The position numbers and the translations under genes were made by a program. Below the pieces are notes generated by a model. That model saw only the letters and a program-made list of their open reading frames with translations, made no database searches and was not told where the DNA came from. Positions 1 through 9,879 of a stretch of DNA of 52,547 nt are shown piece after piece. Source of the stretch: Gallionellales bacterium UBA7399 (GTDB lineage: Bacteria > Pseudomonadota > Gammaproteobacteria > Burkholderiales > Gallionellaceae); contig DKNB01000059.1 in the NCBI GenBank assembly GCA_002470125.1, positions 1 through 52,547 of the forward strand, read 5' to 3'. How positions within the stretch are numbered: position 1 is the stretch's first letter; each line of letters opens with the position of its first letter.

Positions 1-53
1 GCTGTCGAAAAGCACCCCCCCATTTGATGCTTATTATTTTGTTTGGGCGGTCG

Positions 54-770
54 TTAGAGACTGAGCTGTGCCTCACGCTCGGCCTCTGAGAGTTTAAAGC
101 CGCGAGTCTCATAGTAATTGAAGATGGCGCTTACTACAGCCTCTGGCTCGTCGATGAGCTGAATTAAATCCATGTCGGGTGGATCGATCATACCTTCGGT
201 GAGAAGCGTTTGTCGAAGCCAATCCAGCATCCCGCGCCAAAAATCACCACCCACTAGAATAATGGGGATGCGCCGTGTCTTTCCAGTCTGCACCAAGGTG
301 AGCGCCTCCATGAGCTCGTCTAGTGTGCCAAACCCACCGGGCATAACTACGTAAGCGCTGGCAAATTTAACGAACATAACCTTGCGCACGAAAAAGTGCT
401 GGAAGCTTTGGCTGATGTTTTGATAAAGGTTGTTATGCTGTTCGTGGGGTAGTTGAATATTTAACCCTACGCTGGGCGACTTGCCATAGAATGCGCCCTT
501 GTTGGCTGCCTCCATAATGCCGGGCCCCCCGCCAGAAATAACAGAGAAACCTGCGTCAGATAGCAGTCGCGCAATCTCCTCCGTTTTTTTGTAGTATGGG
601 TGATCGGGCTTGATGCGTGCGCTACCAAAGATACTGACGGCTGGCTGGATGGCGCTTAGCCTAGCAGTGGCAGACACGAATTCTGACATAATGCCGAACA
701 TGCGCCACGCCTCTTTTGAGTTCCATGCCTCTGGAAATTTAGAGGGGGGCAGCTTGGACTGATTGCTCAT
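54..770 (-). CDS. LOG-family (TIGR00730) Rossmann-fold nucleotide phosphoribohydrolase
   Basis: Motifs SGGGPGIMEA and PGGFGTLDE; divergent from polA as is common in betaproteobacteria; start moved to ATG at 770 (MSNQSK). Confidence 0.88.
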   Translation of the reverse strand: MSNQSKLPPSKFPEAWNSKEAWRMFGIMSEFVSATARLSAIQPAVSIFGSARIKPDHPYYKKTEEIARLLSDAGFSVISGGGPGIMEAANKGAFYGKSPSVGLNIQLPHEQHNNLYQNISQSFQHFFVRKVMFVKFASAYVVMPGGFGTLDELMEALTLVQTGKTRRIPIILVGGDFWRGMLDWLRQTLLTEGMIDPPDMDLIQLIDEPEAVVSAIFNYYETRGFKLSEAEREAQLSL

Positions 771-794
771 GACTGAATAACCCTTTTGCAAAAT

Positions 795-3524
795 ATGAAA
801 ACTTTGTTGTTAGTTGATGGCTCATCTTATTTGTATCGCGCATTTCATGCGATGCCAGATTTGCGCAGTCCTCAGGGCGAACCCATTGGTGCGATTTATG
901 GGGTACTTAATATGCTACGCCGTTTGCGTGTGGATTACCCAGCAGATTATAGCGCTTGTGTATTCGATGCCAAGGGGAAAACGTTTCGCAACGACCTGTA
1001 CGCTGAATACAAGGCGCATCGACTTTCAATGCCAGAGACCCTTGTTGCTCAGATTGAGCCACTGCATCAACTTATTGCCGCCTTTGGTTGGAACATCTTG
1101 ATGGTTGATGGGGTGGAGGCAGACGATGTGATTGGAACACTGGCGCAGCAGGCAAAGGCAGGGGGCGCACACTGTGTTATCTCTACGGGTGATAAAGATT
1201 TTACGCAGTTGGTAAGCAGTCAGGTGACACTAATTAACACCATGAGCAATGAGGTGTTAGATGAAGCGGGCGTTTTGGCTAAGTTTGGATTACCCCCGGA
1301 GCGTATTGTTGATTATCTAACTTTAATCGGGGACACGGCGGACAACGTACCGGGGGTTCCCAAGGTTGGGCCAAAGACGGCCGTGAAGTGGTTAACGCAA
1401 TATGACACACTTGATAACTTAATGACGCATGCACATCAGATTTCTGGGGTGGTGGGAAATAATTTGCGTAATTCTCTGGATTGGCTTCAACAAGGTCGCG
1501 TATTAATTACCATCAAATGCGATGTTGAATTGCACGTACGTTTCGATGAGTTGGTGGCGCCCGAGCGAGATGACACACAGTTGCGAAGCATGCTTGAGCG
1601 GTACGGCTTAAAAAGTTGGCTACGCGAACTTTTTGTTACACCTCCGTCCTTGGCAAAGGGGTTAAAAGAGGAGGCGCTTGTGCAGCAGACCAATATGTTT
1701 GCAATGGAGGCGCCTGCTTCGGTTGATTATGAGGTTATCCTGACAGAAGCGCAGCTTGATGATTGGTTGGAGAAAATCTTACAAGCTGAGTTGGTGTGTA
1801 TGCGTATAGAGAGTGCCGGATTCGACATGATGAGTGCCAAGCTGGTGGGGATCGCGTTCGCCATCAGGTCGCACCATGCAGCCTACCTGCCATTGGCGCA
1901 TCAACATCTTGAGGGGTCCAGTCAGCTGAATCGTGAGTGTGCGCTGTTGAAGCTTAAGCCGTGGCTAGAAAGTGCAACACATAAAAAACTAGGGCAAGAT
2001 CTTAAGCGCGATCAACACATCTTAGCCAATCACGCCATTCATCTTGCGGGCGTTACGGAAGACACGTTGCTGCAATCTTACGTATTAGAAAGCCACAAGT
2101 CACACAGCCTGGACGATCTCGCTTTGCGGCACTTGGGCATGAAAACGTTTAGCTATGCTGAAGTTGTTGGTAGAGGTACAAGGCAAGCTTGTTTTGACCA
2201 GGCGAGCCTAGTGGATGCGACGCGTTATGCGGCGGGAGGCGCGGATGCTACGCTACAATTATTTCGGGCGCTAGTACCACAAATAAAAAAGCAAGGCAGA
2301 TTGGAGGCGGTGTACCGTGACGTGGAGTTACCGGTACGGCAGGTGCTATATGTTATGGAACGCAATGGTGTATTGATAGATAGCGTTAAGCTGGAAAATC
2401 AGAGCCGCGAGTTAGGCGAGAAGCTTGCTAGCATCGAGATAGAGGCATACGCCGCGGCAGGTCAATCATTTAACCTTAACTCGCCAAAGCAAATTCAGGA
2501 AATATTGTTTGGCCGGCTTGGCCTGCCAGTTAAGAAAAAAACCCCCAGTGGTGCGCCTTCTACTGATGAGGAGGTTTTGCAGGAGCTGTCGTTGGATTAC
2601 CCGCTCCCCAAGCTGCTGCTTGAGTATCGTGGCATGGCAAAGCTCAAGTCCACCTATACAGATAGGTTGCCGCAAATGGTGAATACTGAAACTGGACGTG
2701 TTCACACTAATTATTCGCAGGCAGTGACGGTAACAGGGAGGCTGGCTTCCAGCGATCCAAATTTGCAAAATATTCCTGTTCGTACGGCAGAGGGGCGGCG
2801 CATTCGTGAGGCGTTCGTTGCTCCGCAGGACAGTCATATCGTTTCTGTGGATTACTCGCAAATAGAGCTAAGAATCATGGCACATTTGTCAGAGGATTCT
2901 GGTTTGCTGAGGGCGTTTGAAAATGGCGAAGATATTCATCGTGCTACTGCAGCAGAGGTCTTTATGGTTGGATTGGCCGAGGTGAGTGGCGAGCAACGAC
3001 GTTACGCAAAAGCCATCAACTTCGGTCTCATTTATGGAATGTCTGCGTTTGGACTGGCTTCGCAGCTTAATATAGAGCGTAGTGCAGCACAACAGTATAT
3101 AGATCTTTATTTTACGCGCTACCCAGGCGTAGCTGATTACATGCAGCGAACTCGGGAGCAGGCCAGGCGACAGGGGTATGTGGAGACCATATTTGGCCGC
3201 AGGTTGTGGTTGCCAGAAATAAATGGGGGCAACGGCATGCGTCGACAGGCTGCAGAGCGGGCCGCCATTAATGCACCCATGCAGGGTACGGCAGCAGATT
3301 TAATTAAACTAGCAATGGTTGCGGTGCAAGGCTGGATAGAGCGCGAACAGATGCAGACCAAGCTCGTCATGCAGGTTCATGACGAGCTGGTCTTGGAGGT
3401 GCCAAAAAATGAATTGGCGCTAGCAAGAGATAGGCTACCCGACTTGATGTGTGGTGTGGCAGAGCTAAAGGTGCCGCTGGAGGTAGGATTTGGCGAAGGT
3501 GAAAATTGGGAGGCGGCGCATTAG
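795..3524 (+). CDS. polA: DNA polymerase I (proofreading motifs degenerate)
   Basis: N-terminal LLVDGSSYLYRAFHA 5'-nuclease; motif A DYSQIELR, motif B RRYAKAINFGLIYG, motif C QVHDEL; ATG at 795. Confidence 0.98.
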   Translation: MKTLLLVDGSSYLYRAFHAMPDLRSPQGEPIGAIYGVLNMLRRLRVDYPADYSACVFDAKGKTFRNDLYAEYKAHRLSMPETLVAQIEPLHQLIAAFGWNILMVDGVEADDVIGTLAQQAKAGGAHCVISTGDKDFTQLVSSQVTLINTMSNEVLDEAGVLAKFGLPPERIVDYLTLIGDTADNVPGVPKVGPKTAVKWLTQYDTLDNLMTHAHQISGVVGNNLRNSLDWLQQGRVLITIKCDVELHVRFDELVAPERDDTQLRSMLERYGLKSWLRELFVTPPSLAKGLKEEALVQQTNMFAMEAPASVDYEVILTEAQLDDWLEKILQAELVCMRIESAGFDMMSAKLVGIAFAIRSHHAAYLPLAHQHLEGSSQLNRECALLKLKPWLESATHKKLGQDLKRDQHILANHAIHLAGVTEDTLLQSYVLESHKSHSLDDLALRHLGMKTFSYAEVVGRGTRQACFDQASLVDATRYAAGGADATLQLFRALVPQIKKQGRLEAVYRDVELPVRQVLYVMERNGVLIDSVKLENQSRELGEKLASIEIEAYAAAGQSFNLNSPKQIQEILFGRLGLPVKKKTPSGAPSTDEEVLQELSLDYPLPKLLLEYRGMAKLKSTYTDRLPQMVNTETGRVHTNYSQAVTVTGRLASSDPNLQNIPVRTAEGRRIREAFVAPQDSHIVSVDYSQIELRIMAHLSEDSGLLRAFENGEDIHRATAAEVFMVGLAEVSGEQRRYAKAINFGLIYGMSAFGLASQLNIERSAAQQYIDLYFTRYPGVADYMQRTREQARRQGYVETIFGRRLWLPEINGGNGMRRQAAERAAINAPMQGTAADLIKLAMVAVQGWIEREQMQTKLVMQVHDELVLEVPKNELALARDRLPDLMCGVAELKVPLEVGFGEGENWEAAH

Positions 3525-3598
3525 ATGATTCAGTCTCTTGCGGCGCGAGCGATAGATATATCTGAGCTGCGATGAGCAGCACAGAGTGTGTCATATAA

Positions 3599-4336
3599 TT
3601 AAAATGGTAAAAATAATGCCGTAGCCAAGGCTTGCACTGTTCGTGTGATGCCACGCTGAATCTTTTCGGATAGCGTGATTGCAAATAAATCTAGGGTGCC
3701 AATAATTTTACCAAATTCACGTTCGAAGCTCAGATTGCGTTCGTGATTATTTATTTCATTGGTTAGCAAAAAAAGCTGTCCATTGGAGTCGCGCTTATTA
3801 GAGAGCTGCCACACTGCGATCTCCATGTTGCGTGCGACGTTGTAAATGCTTTGAGGTTCTATGGTGTCGGTAAGATAGAACTCTGTTTTTCCGCCGTGAG
3901 CCTTGATTAACATCGTTTCCAGGCCAACTATCAAAGATAGCACCCGATCGCCTTGGTAGTCAGCTTGGAAGGCTTGATTAATGGCGTACGTATCTTGCGC
4001 CTCATTGATTTCCTTAAACCTCCAGCCGTGCTGATTTTCAAATACTGAAGCCACCATCTCGTCTACGTTGAGCAAGATATTTTTCTTTAATTCGTGTGGA
4101 TTTCGTTTGTATAGCTTTACCATTAATACGCGTAGTATTTGGGTATTCTCACGTATTTCTACATCAGCCATTCGGTCGACATCGGACTTGCCAAGCTGGC
4201 TGAATAAGTTGCGATCTCCCTGCTGGGGAATGGGTGTGCCATTTCTGACGGGTTCCGTGGTGGAGCAGGCGGCCAATAGAAGCACAATCAGACCAAGAGC
4301 TGATAATTGACGGCCACTCTGTGAGCTCAGGGACAT
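3599..4336 (-). CDS. Hypothetical lipoprotein
   Basis: 245-aa ORF with signal peptide and lipobox LLLAA-C; no domain recognised. Confidence 0.7.
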   Translation of the reverse strand: MSLSSQSGRQLSALGLIVLLLAACSTTEPVRNGTPIPQQGDRNLFSQLGKSDVDRMADVEIRENTQILRVLMVKLYKRNPHELKKNILLNVDEMVASVFENQHGWRFKEINEAQDTYAINQAFQADYQGDRVLSLIVGLETMLIKAHGGKTEFYLTDTIEPQSIYNVARNMEIAVWQLSNKRDSNGQLFLLTNEINNHERNLSFEREFGKIIGTLDLFAITLSEKIQRGITRTVQALATALFLPF

Positions 4337-4409
4337 ACGATTGTCAGGCTACTCTTATAAGATCACTGAAGGATTTTCTGGCATTGACGCTGTAGCGACT
4401 AACGCTGGC

Positions 4410-4620
4410 TGTCGGCGTATCTACTTCGACAACGATAGCAGATTTTTGAAGTGAAGACAGCAAGTTTGAGTTGGAGGCTTTTAGCGCTGCAGTCGAGAGT
4501 AGATTGATGGCTTTAGAGGGCCAATAAATTGAATTGATGGGATCGTGAGTATTATCTATGAGGGCATACACAATTTCTGCTAATTGTATGCTCTAGGGTT
4601 AGAATAAAGAGCGCAAAGCT
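4410..4620 (+). pseudogene. Possible decayed OmpA/Pal-like peptidoglycan-binding domain
   Basis: Ordered fragments IYFDNDS / SEDSKFELEAFSAAVES / LEG / G..REYYL / G..KER across frameshifts and stops; by-eye only. Confidence 0.3.
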
Positions 4621-4818
4621 TGATTGATGTGCGAGGCAGATCAAGCACCGGAATGTTAAGGCCCACCTACTTTTAAGTGGATGCCATTCTTTTCGGGTGA
4701 CCAACCTCAAAATGTTTGGCGATATCCTCATGAAGCAGCTAAACTTATAGATAATGATGCTTGCCTGGTGCCCATGCTCTAATTGTAATCTGTTCATGAA
4801 TTTATAATTACATCTGCT

Positions 4819-6327
4819 ATGCAAAATTACCTAGATCGCATTCTCTGCTCCCGCGTTTATGACGTGGTCACTGAGAGCCCCCTGGAGGTTGCCCCAAGCT
4901 TGTCTCTACGCATGGGCAACACTTTGCTATTGAAGCGTGAGGATACGCAGTCGGTGTTCTCTTTCAAATTGCGTGGTGCCTACAACAAGATGGCGCAGTT
5001 GACGTCTGCGCAGTTAGCTTGTGGTGTAATTACCGCCTCAGCGGGGAACCATGCGCAGGGCGTAGCTTTTTCAGCGCAGAAATTAGCCTGCAAAGCCACC
5101 ATTGTGATGCCGGTAACTACACCCCATATTAAAGTTGAGGCTGTTGCTAGGCGTGGCGCGAAAATAATATTACATGGTGACTCTTATTCGGATGCTTATT
5201 TGCACGCCCTCGAGCTAGAGCAAGAGCTGGGGCTCACCTTTGTTCACCCTTATGACGATCCTGATGTGATTGCTGGACAGGGCACTGTTGGCATGGAAAT
5301 ACTGCGACAACACGGCCAGCCCATTCATGCTATTTTTGTGCCTGTCGGAGGAGGGGGTTTAATTTCAGGTGTGGCTGCTTACGTTAAGGCGGTGCGTCCG
5401 GAAATTAAAATTATTGGTGTGCAGCCAATAGAGTCCGATGCCATGAGTCGCTCGATTGAAGCGGGTAGACGCATCACGCTTGATTACGTGGGGTTATTTG
5501 CCGATGGTGTAGCGGTAAAGCAGGTCGGACAAGAAACCTTTCGCTTGTGCCATAAGTTAGTAGACGAGATTATTTTGGTGGATACCGATGCCATTTGTGC
5601 GGCAATTAAGGATGTGTTCGAAGATGCTCGTGCCAGCCTTGAGCCTGCAGGAGCTTTGGCCATTGCGGGGGCCAAGCGGTATGTGGAGCGAGAAAACATA
5701 AGAGGCGACACAATGGTTGCTATTGCTAGTGGTGCCAACATGAATTTTGATCGCTTGCGCTTTATTGCAGAGCGTGCGGAACTTGGCGAAAAACGCGAAG
5801 CGATATTGGCGGTGACCATCCCAGAGACCCCGGGTAGCTTTCGTAAGTTTTGCTCTTTATTGGGGGAGCGCAATATAACAGAATTTAATTATCGCTACGC
5901 AAATCCAAGGGAGGCGCATGTATTTGTTGGTGTGCAAATCAAGGAGCAATCTGAAATTGTTGAGCTCGTTTCAAGGCTAGAGAAAAATAATCTGCTTACA
6001 CTGGATTTTACTGACAATGAGATGGCAAAATTGCATGTACGTCATATGGTTGGTGGGCATGCACCCAATCTGCAGGATGAAATCTTATTTCGCTTTGAGT
6101 TTCCCGAGCGACCAGGTGCACTGATGAATTTTCTTAACAACATGAGCTATGGTTGGAATATTAGTCTTTTCCACTATCGCAATCATGGCGCAGACTATGG
6201 CCGTGTGTTGGTCGGCATTCAGGTGCCGCATCACGACAAAGCCCCACTGAGAAATTTTCTTGATAGTCTGGGTTATCGCTATTGGGATGAGAGTGACAAC
6301 CCCGCGTATAAACAATTCCTAGGTTAG
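4819..6327 (+). CDS. ilvA: Threonine ammonia-lyase, biosynthetic
   Basis: SFKLRGAYNK PLP lysine, ASAGNHAQG, two C-terminal regulatory ACT-like domains (FEFPERPGAL). Confidence 0.97.
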   Translation: MQNYLDRILCSRVYDVVTESPLEVAPSLSLRMGNTLLLKREDTQSVFSFKLRGAYNKMAQLTSAQLACGVITASAGNHAQGVAFSAQKLACKATIVMPVTTPHIKVEAVARRGAKIILHGDSYSDAYLHALELEQELGLTFVHPYDDPDVIAGQGTVGMEILRQHGQPIHAIFVPVGGGGLISGVAAYVKAVRPEIKIIGVQPIESDAMSRSIEAGRRITLDYVGLFADGVAVKQVGQETFRLCHKLVDEIILVDTDAICAAIKDVFEDARASLEPAGALAIAGAKRYVERENIRGDTMVAIASGANMNFDRLRFIAERAELGEKREAILAVTIPETPGSFRKFCSLLGERNITEFNYRYANPREAHVFVGVQIKEQSEIVELVSRLEKNNLLTLDFTDNEMAKLHVRHMVGGHAPNLQDEILFRFEFPERPGALMNFLNNMSYGWNISLFHYRNHGADYGRVLVGIQVPHHDKAPLRNFLDSLGYRYWDESDNPAYKQFLG

Positions 6328-6515
6328 GGTTTGACGACGGTGGGCACGAGTGATATTGAATTTGTGCTCATGTTGAATAATTACCTATGGGGTTCATCGA
6401 GTTATGACATTGACTACCTCACGGCATCCACCGAAAATTTGTGTGGTGGTTACCGTGAAGTTGTTGGGTGTTTAAATAAATGAGTAGAAATGAGTCACCC
6501 AAGGGGGTGCAAATT

Positions 6516-7103
6516 ATGAAGCAGGTCCTCAGGCAACGTATAATTGCAGGTCGCGATGGTTTGATTGTAACCGAGCGAATACGCATGAGTCGTGCCATAG
6601 TAGAGAACATAATTAATCTGATGGTTTTTCGTACGGCTAGCGCGGTATTGGCCTACATGAACTTTGGTACAGAGTGCTCCACAGAGGAGTGGGTGCAGCA
6701 GATGCTGGATGACGGCAAGCACGTGTTTTTGCCCAGAGTAAACAATCTTACGCAGGAGTTAGACGTCTATCGCGTGACTGATCTGCGGCATGACTTGGCT
6801 CCTGGTTTGTTTGGTGTTCGTGAGCCCATAGCTGAGCGATGCGAAAAGCTGCACGTCCTAAAAGAGATAGATTTTATTTTGTTGCCCGGAGTGGCGTTCG
6901 GACGTGATGGCGCGCGCTTGGGTTATGGCGGCGGATTTTATGACAAACTATTAGCCAGAATCGAAAATGAAGATCAAGGACGTCGTCCTGCGCTGGTTGC
7001 CGGAGCATTTTCTATGCAACTGATTGAAGACGTGCCACAGGAGATTACCGATCAAAAGGTGGAGTGGTTAGTGACAGAGGGCGAGACCATACGGTGTGTC
7101 TGA
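6516..7103 (+). CDS. ygfA: 5-formyltetrahydrofolate cyclo-ligase
   Basis: PGVAFGRDGARLGYGGGFYD motif; ATG at 6516 follows AAGGGGG (upstream ATG at 6480 also possible). Confidence 0.92.
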   Translation: MKQVLRQRIIAGRDGLIVTERIRMSRAIVENIINLMVFRTASAVLAYMNFGTECSTEEWVQQMLDDGKHVFLPRVNNLTQELDVYRVTDLRHDLAPGLFGVREPIAERCEKLHVLKEIDFILLPGVAFGRDGARLGYGGGFYDKLLARIENEDQGRRPALVAGAFSMQLIEDVPQEITDQKVEWLVTEGETIRCV

Positions 7104-7201
7104 TGCGCATATGGAAAAAATAGACACTTTTTGTGTTGCCACAGCAAGAGGCAATGTGGTGCACATAAGTTGATTAATAATAAGCGATGAGAAAGTAGAA
7201 C

Positions 7202-9862
7202 ATGACAGATTTGCCTGATGCCGATCCGCAGGAAACGCAGGAGTGGTTGGATGCACTGGATTCAGTGTTGGAGAACGGAAGTCCAGCGCGTGCTCACTAC
7301 TTAATTAGTCAGCTGGTTAGGAAGGCGCAACTGGTCGGCGTGGATTTGCCAAGTAGCACAATCACCCCTTATTTAAACACCATTCCACTTGACAAGGAGC
7401 AGCGCTCGGTTGGAAACCATGAGCTTGAGCATCGTATTCTTGCCCTAACGCGATGGAATGCCATGGCTATTGTGCTAAATGCCAATCGTGAGTCATCCGA
7501 GTTGGGTGGCCATATCGCCACCTTTGCCTCTGCGGCAACACTGTATGACGTCGGCTTTAATCATTTTTTTCACGGCAAAACCAAGAGCCATGGCGGTGAT
7601 TTAATTTACTTTCAGGGCCATGCGTCACCGGGCATATACGCGCGAGCCTTCCTTGAGGGGCGCCTTAGTGAAGAGCAGCTGTATAGTTTTCGTCAGGAGG
7701 TTAATGGCAATGGCCTGCCCTCTTACCCCCATCCATGGTTGATGCCTGATTTCTGGCAGTTTCCTACTGTGTCTATGGGGCTGGGCCCCTTGATGGCAAT
7801 TTATCAAGCACGTTTTATGCGTTATTTGGAGTGCCGGGGAATTGTAAATACTGCCGGACGCAAGGTGTGGTCATTTCTTGGCGATGGTGAAACCGATGAG
7901 CCAGAATCGCTGGGAGCCATTTCGATGGCTGCGCGTGAAAAATTAGACAATCTAATTTTTGTTGTTAATTGTAACTTGCAAAGATTAGATGGCCCCGTGC
8001 GAGGCAATGGGAAAATAATTCAGGAGTTGGAGGGCGTGTTCCGCGGCGCCGGCTGGAATGTTATTAAGGTGGTATGGGGTGGGAAATGGGATCGTTTGTT
8101 TGCAAAGGACAAGACTGGACTGTTATTAAAGCGTATGGAAGAGGTTGTGGACGGTGAATACCAGACATATAAATCCAAAGATGGCGCTTACGTACGGCAA
8201 CATTTTTTTGGAAAATATCCAGAGCTGTTGGCGCTGGTTGCCGATATGTCAGATGATGAAATTTGGCATCTTAATCGTGGCGGTCATGACCCACATAAGG
8301 TTTTTGCTGCGTACGCGGCTGCTGTCAATCACAAAGGACAACCTACAGTAATTTTGGCTAAAACTATTAAGGGTTATGGCATGGGCGAGGCTGGTGAAGC
8401 TCAAAATATTACTCATCAGCAAAAGAAAGTGGACGGCGAGGCGTTACGCAAATTTCGTGATCGCTTTAATATCCCAGTGACCGATGATCAGCTTAGCCAG
8501 CTGCCATTTTGTCGTCCACCAGAAGATAGTTTGGAGATGAGCTATTTGCGCGAACGTGGCAATATCTTGGGTGCCGTGCCAGATCGAAAAGTAGTGGCGG
8601 AGCCATTGCAAATACCAAGCCTAGAGGCCTTTGAGGTCTTGCTGAAGGGTACGGAAGATCGTGAAATTTCTACTACCATGGCGTTTGTTCGCATGCTGGG
8701 CATCTTGGTCAAAGATAAAAATATTGGGAAGCTGGTGGTGCCTATCGTGCCAGATGAATCGCGTACTTTTGGTATGGAGGGATTATTTCGTCAGCTCAGC
8801 ATTTTCTCTCAGGTTGGGCAGTTATATACACCTCAGGATGCCGATCAGCTGATGTTTTACAAGGAAGACAAAGCTGGACAAATATTGCAAGAGGGTATTA
8901 ATGAGGCCGGTGCAATGTCGTCTTGGATTGCCGCATCAACAGCCTACGCCAATCATGGTGTGGCGATGGTGCCATTCTATATTTACTACTCTATGTTTGG
9001 TTTTCAACGTGTCGGAGATTTAATATGGGCGGCAGGCGATCAGCGTTCACGTGGCTTTCTGCTGGGAGGAACTGCCGGGCGCACCACATTGAATGGCGAG
9101 GGGTTGCAGCATCAAGATGGACATAGTCATTTGGCGGCAGCGACTATCTCTAATTGTATATCCTATGACCCAACTTTTGCTTACGAACTTGCGGTAATTA
9201 TTCAAGATGGTATGCGGCGTATGCATCAAGAGCAGGAGGATGTGTTCTACTATATTACTGTGATGAATGAGAATTATGCACATCCTGCCATGCCGAATGG
9301 TGTGGAGGCGGGGATTATTAGGGGTTTGTATTTATTTGATGAGGGGAAAGCCAGGGTCGCTACATCACCAACAGTGCAGCTTCTGGGTAGCGGGACCATC
9401 TTGCGCGAGGTTATCGCAGCAGCTGAATTGCTGGCAAAAGATTTTGGTGTGGTGTCAGATGTATGGAGTGTAACGAGTTTTAATGAATTGCGTCGAGACG
9501 GTTTGGATTGCGAGCGTTGGAATATGTTACATCCTACAGCGACACCACGTATAAGCTATGTTGAGCAGTGCCTGGGTAAGCGCAAAGGGCCGGTTATTGC
9601 TGCAACTGACTATATTAAAAGTTACCCAGACCAGATCAGGGCTTTTTTGAGGGGCAATTATAAAGTGCTGGGTACAGACGGCTACGGTCGTTCTGATACA
9701 CGCAAAAAGTTGCGCCACTTCTTTGAGGTTGATCGTTATCATGTTGTGCTTGCTGCACTGAAAGCGCTGGCTGACGAAGGTACCGTGGCCACAAGTGAAG
9801 TTAGTAGAGCGCTCAAACTGTATAATATAAATCCTGACAAACCCAATCCAATTATGGTTTGA
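7202..9862 (+). CDS. aceE: Pyruvate dehydrogenase E1, homodimeric type
   Basis: DPQETQEWLDAL N-terminus, GDGE TPP-binding motif, TTLNGEGLQH. Confidence 0.98.
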   Translation: MTDLPDADPQETQEWLDALDSVLENGSPARAHYLISQLVRKAQLVGVDLPSSTITPYLNTIPLDKEQRSVGNHELEHRILALTRWNAMAIVLNANRESSELGGHIATFASAATLYDVGFNHFFHGKTKSHGGDLIYFQGHASPGIYARAFLEGRLSEEQLYSFRQEVNGNGLPSYPHPWLMPDFWQFPTVSMGLGPLMAIYQARFMRYLECRGIVNTAGRKVWSFLGDGETDEPESLGAISMAAREKLDNLIFVVNCNLQRLDGPVRGNGKIIQELEGVFRGAGWNVIKVVWGGKWDRLFAKDKTGLLLKRMEEVVDGEYQTYKSKDGAYVRQHFFGKYPELLALVADMSDDEIWHLNRGGHDPHKVFAAYAAAVNHKGQPTVILAKTIKGYGMGEAGEAQNITHQQKKVDGEALRKFRDRFNIPVTDDQLSQLPFCRPPEDSLEMSYLRERGNILGAVPDRKVVAEPLQIPSLEAFEVLLKGTEDREISTTMAFVRMLGILVKDKNIGKLVVPIVPDESRTFGMEGLFRQLSIFSQVGQLYTPQDADQLMFYKEDKAGQILQEGINEAGAMSSWIAASTAYANHGVAMVPFYIYYSMFGFQRVGDLIWAAGDQRSRGFLLGGTAGRTTLNGEGLQHQDGHSHLAAATISNCISYDPTFAYELAVIIQDGMRRMHQEQEDVFYYITVMNENYAHPAMPNGVEAGIIRGLYLFDEGKARVATSPTVQLLGSGTILREVIAAAELLAKDFGVVSDVWSVTSFNELRRDGLDCERWNMLHPTATPRISYVEQCLGKRKGPVIAATDYIKSYPDQIRAFLRGNYKVLGTDGYGRSDTRKKLRHFFEVDRYHVVLAALKALADEGTVATSEVSRALKLYNINPDKPNPIMV

Positions 9863-9879
9863 TCGGGCAGGAGATGCGC

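Noticed and set aside
4344-4824. Minus-strand ORFs 4344-4571 and 4552-4824 as real small genes
   Set aside because: No recognisable homology or convincing RBS; a decayed plus-strand gene or plain spacer is at least as likely.
6328-6515. 6S RNA (ssrS) upstream of ygfA
   Set aside because: The position fits, but I could not form the long rod with a central bubble; kept only as a hairpin observation.
7170-7183. FNR box upstream of aceE (TTGAT-TAAT-AATAA)
   Set aside because: The second half-site matches ATCAA poorly in an AT-rich tract.
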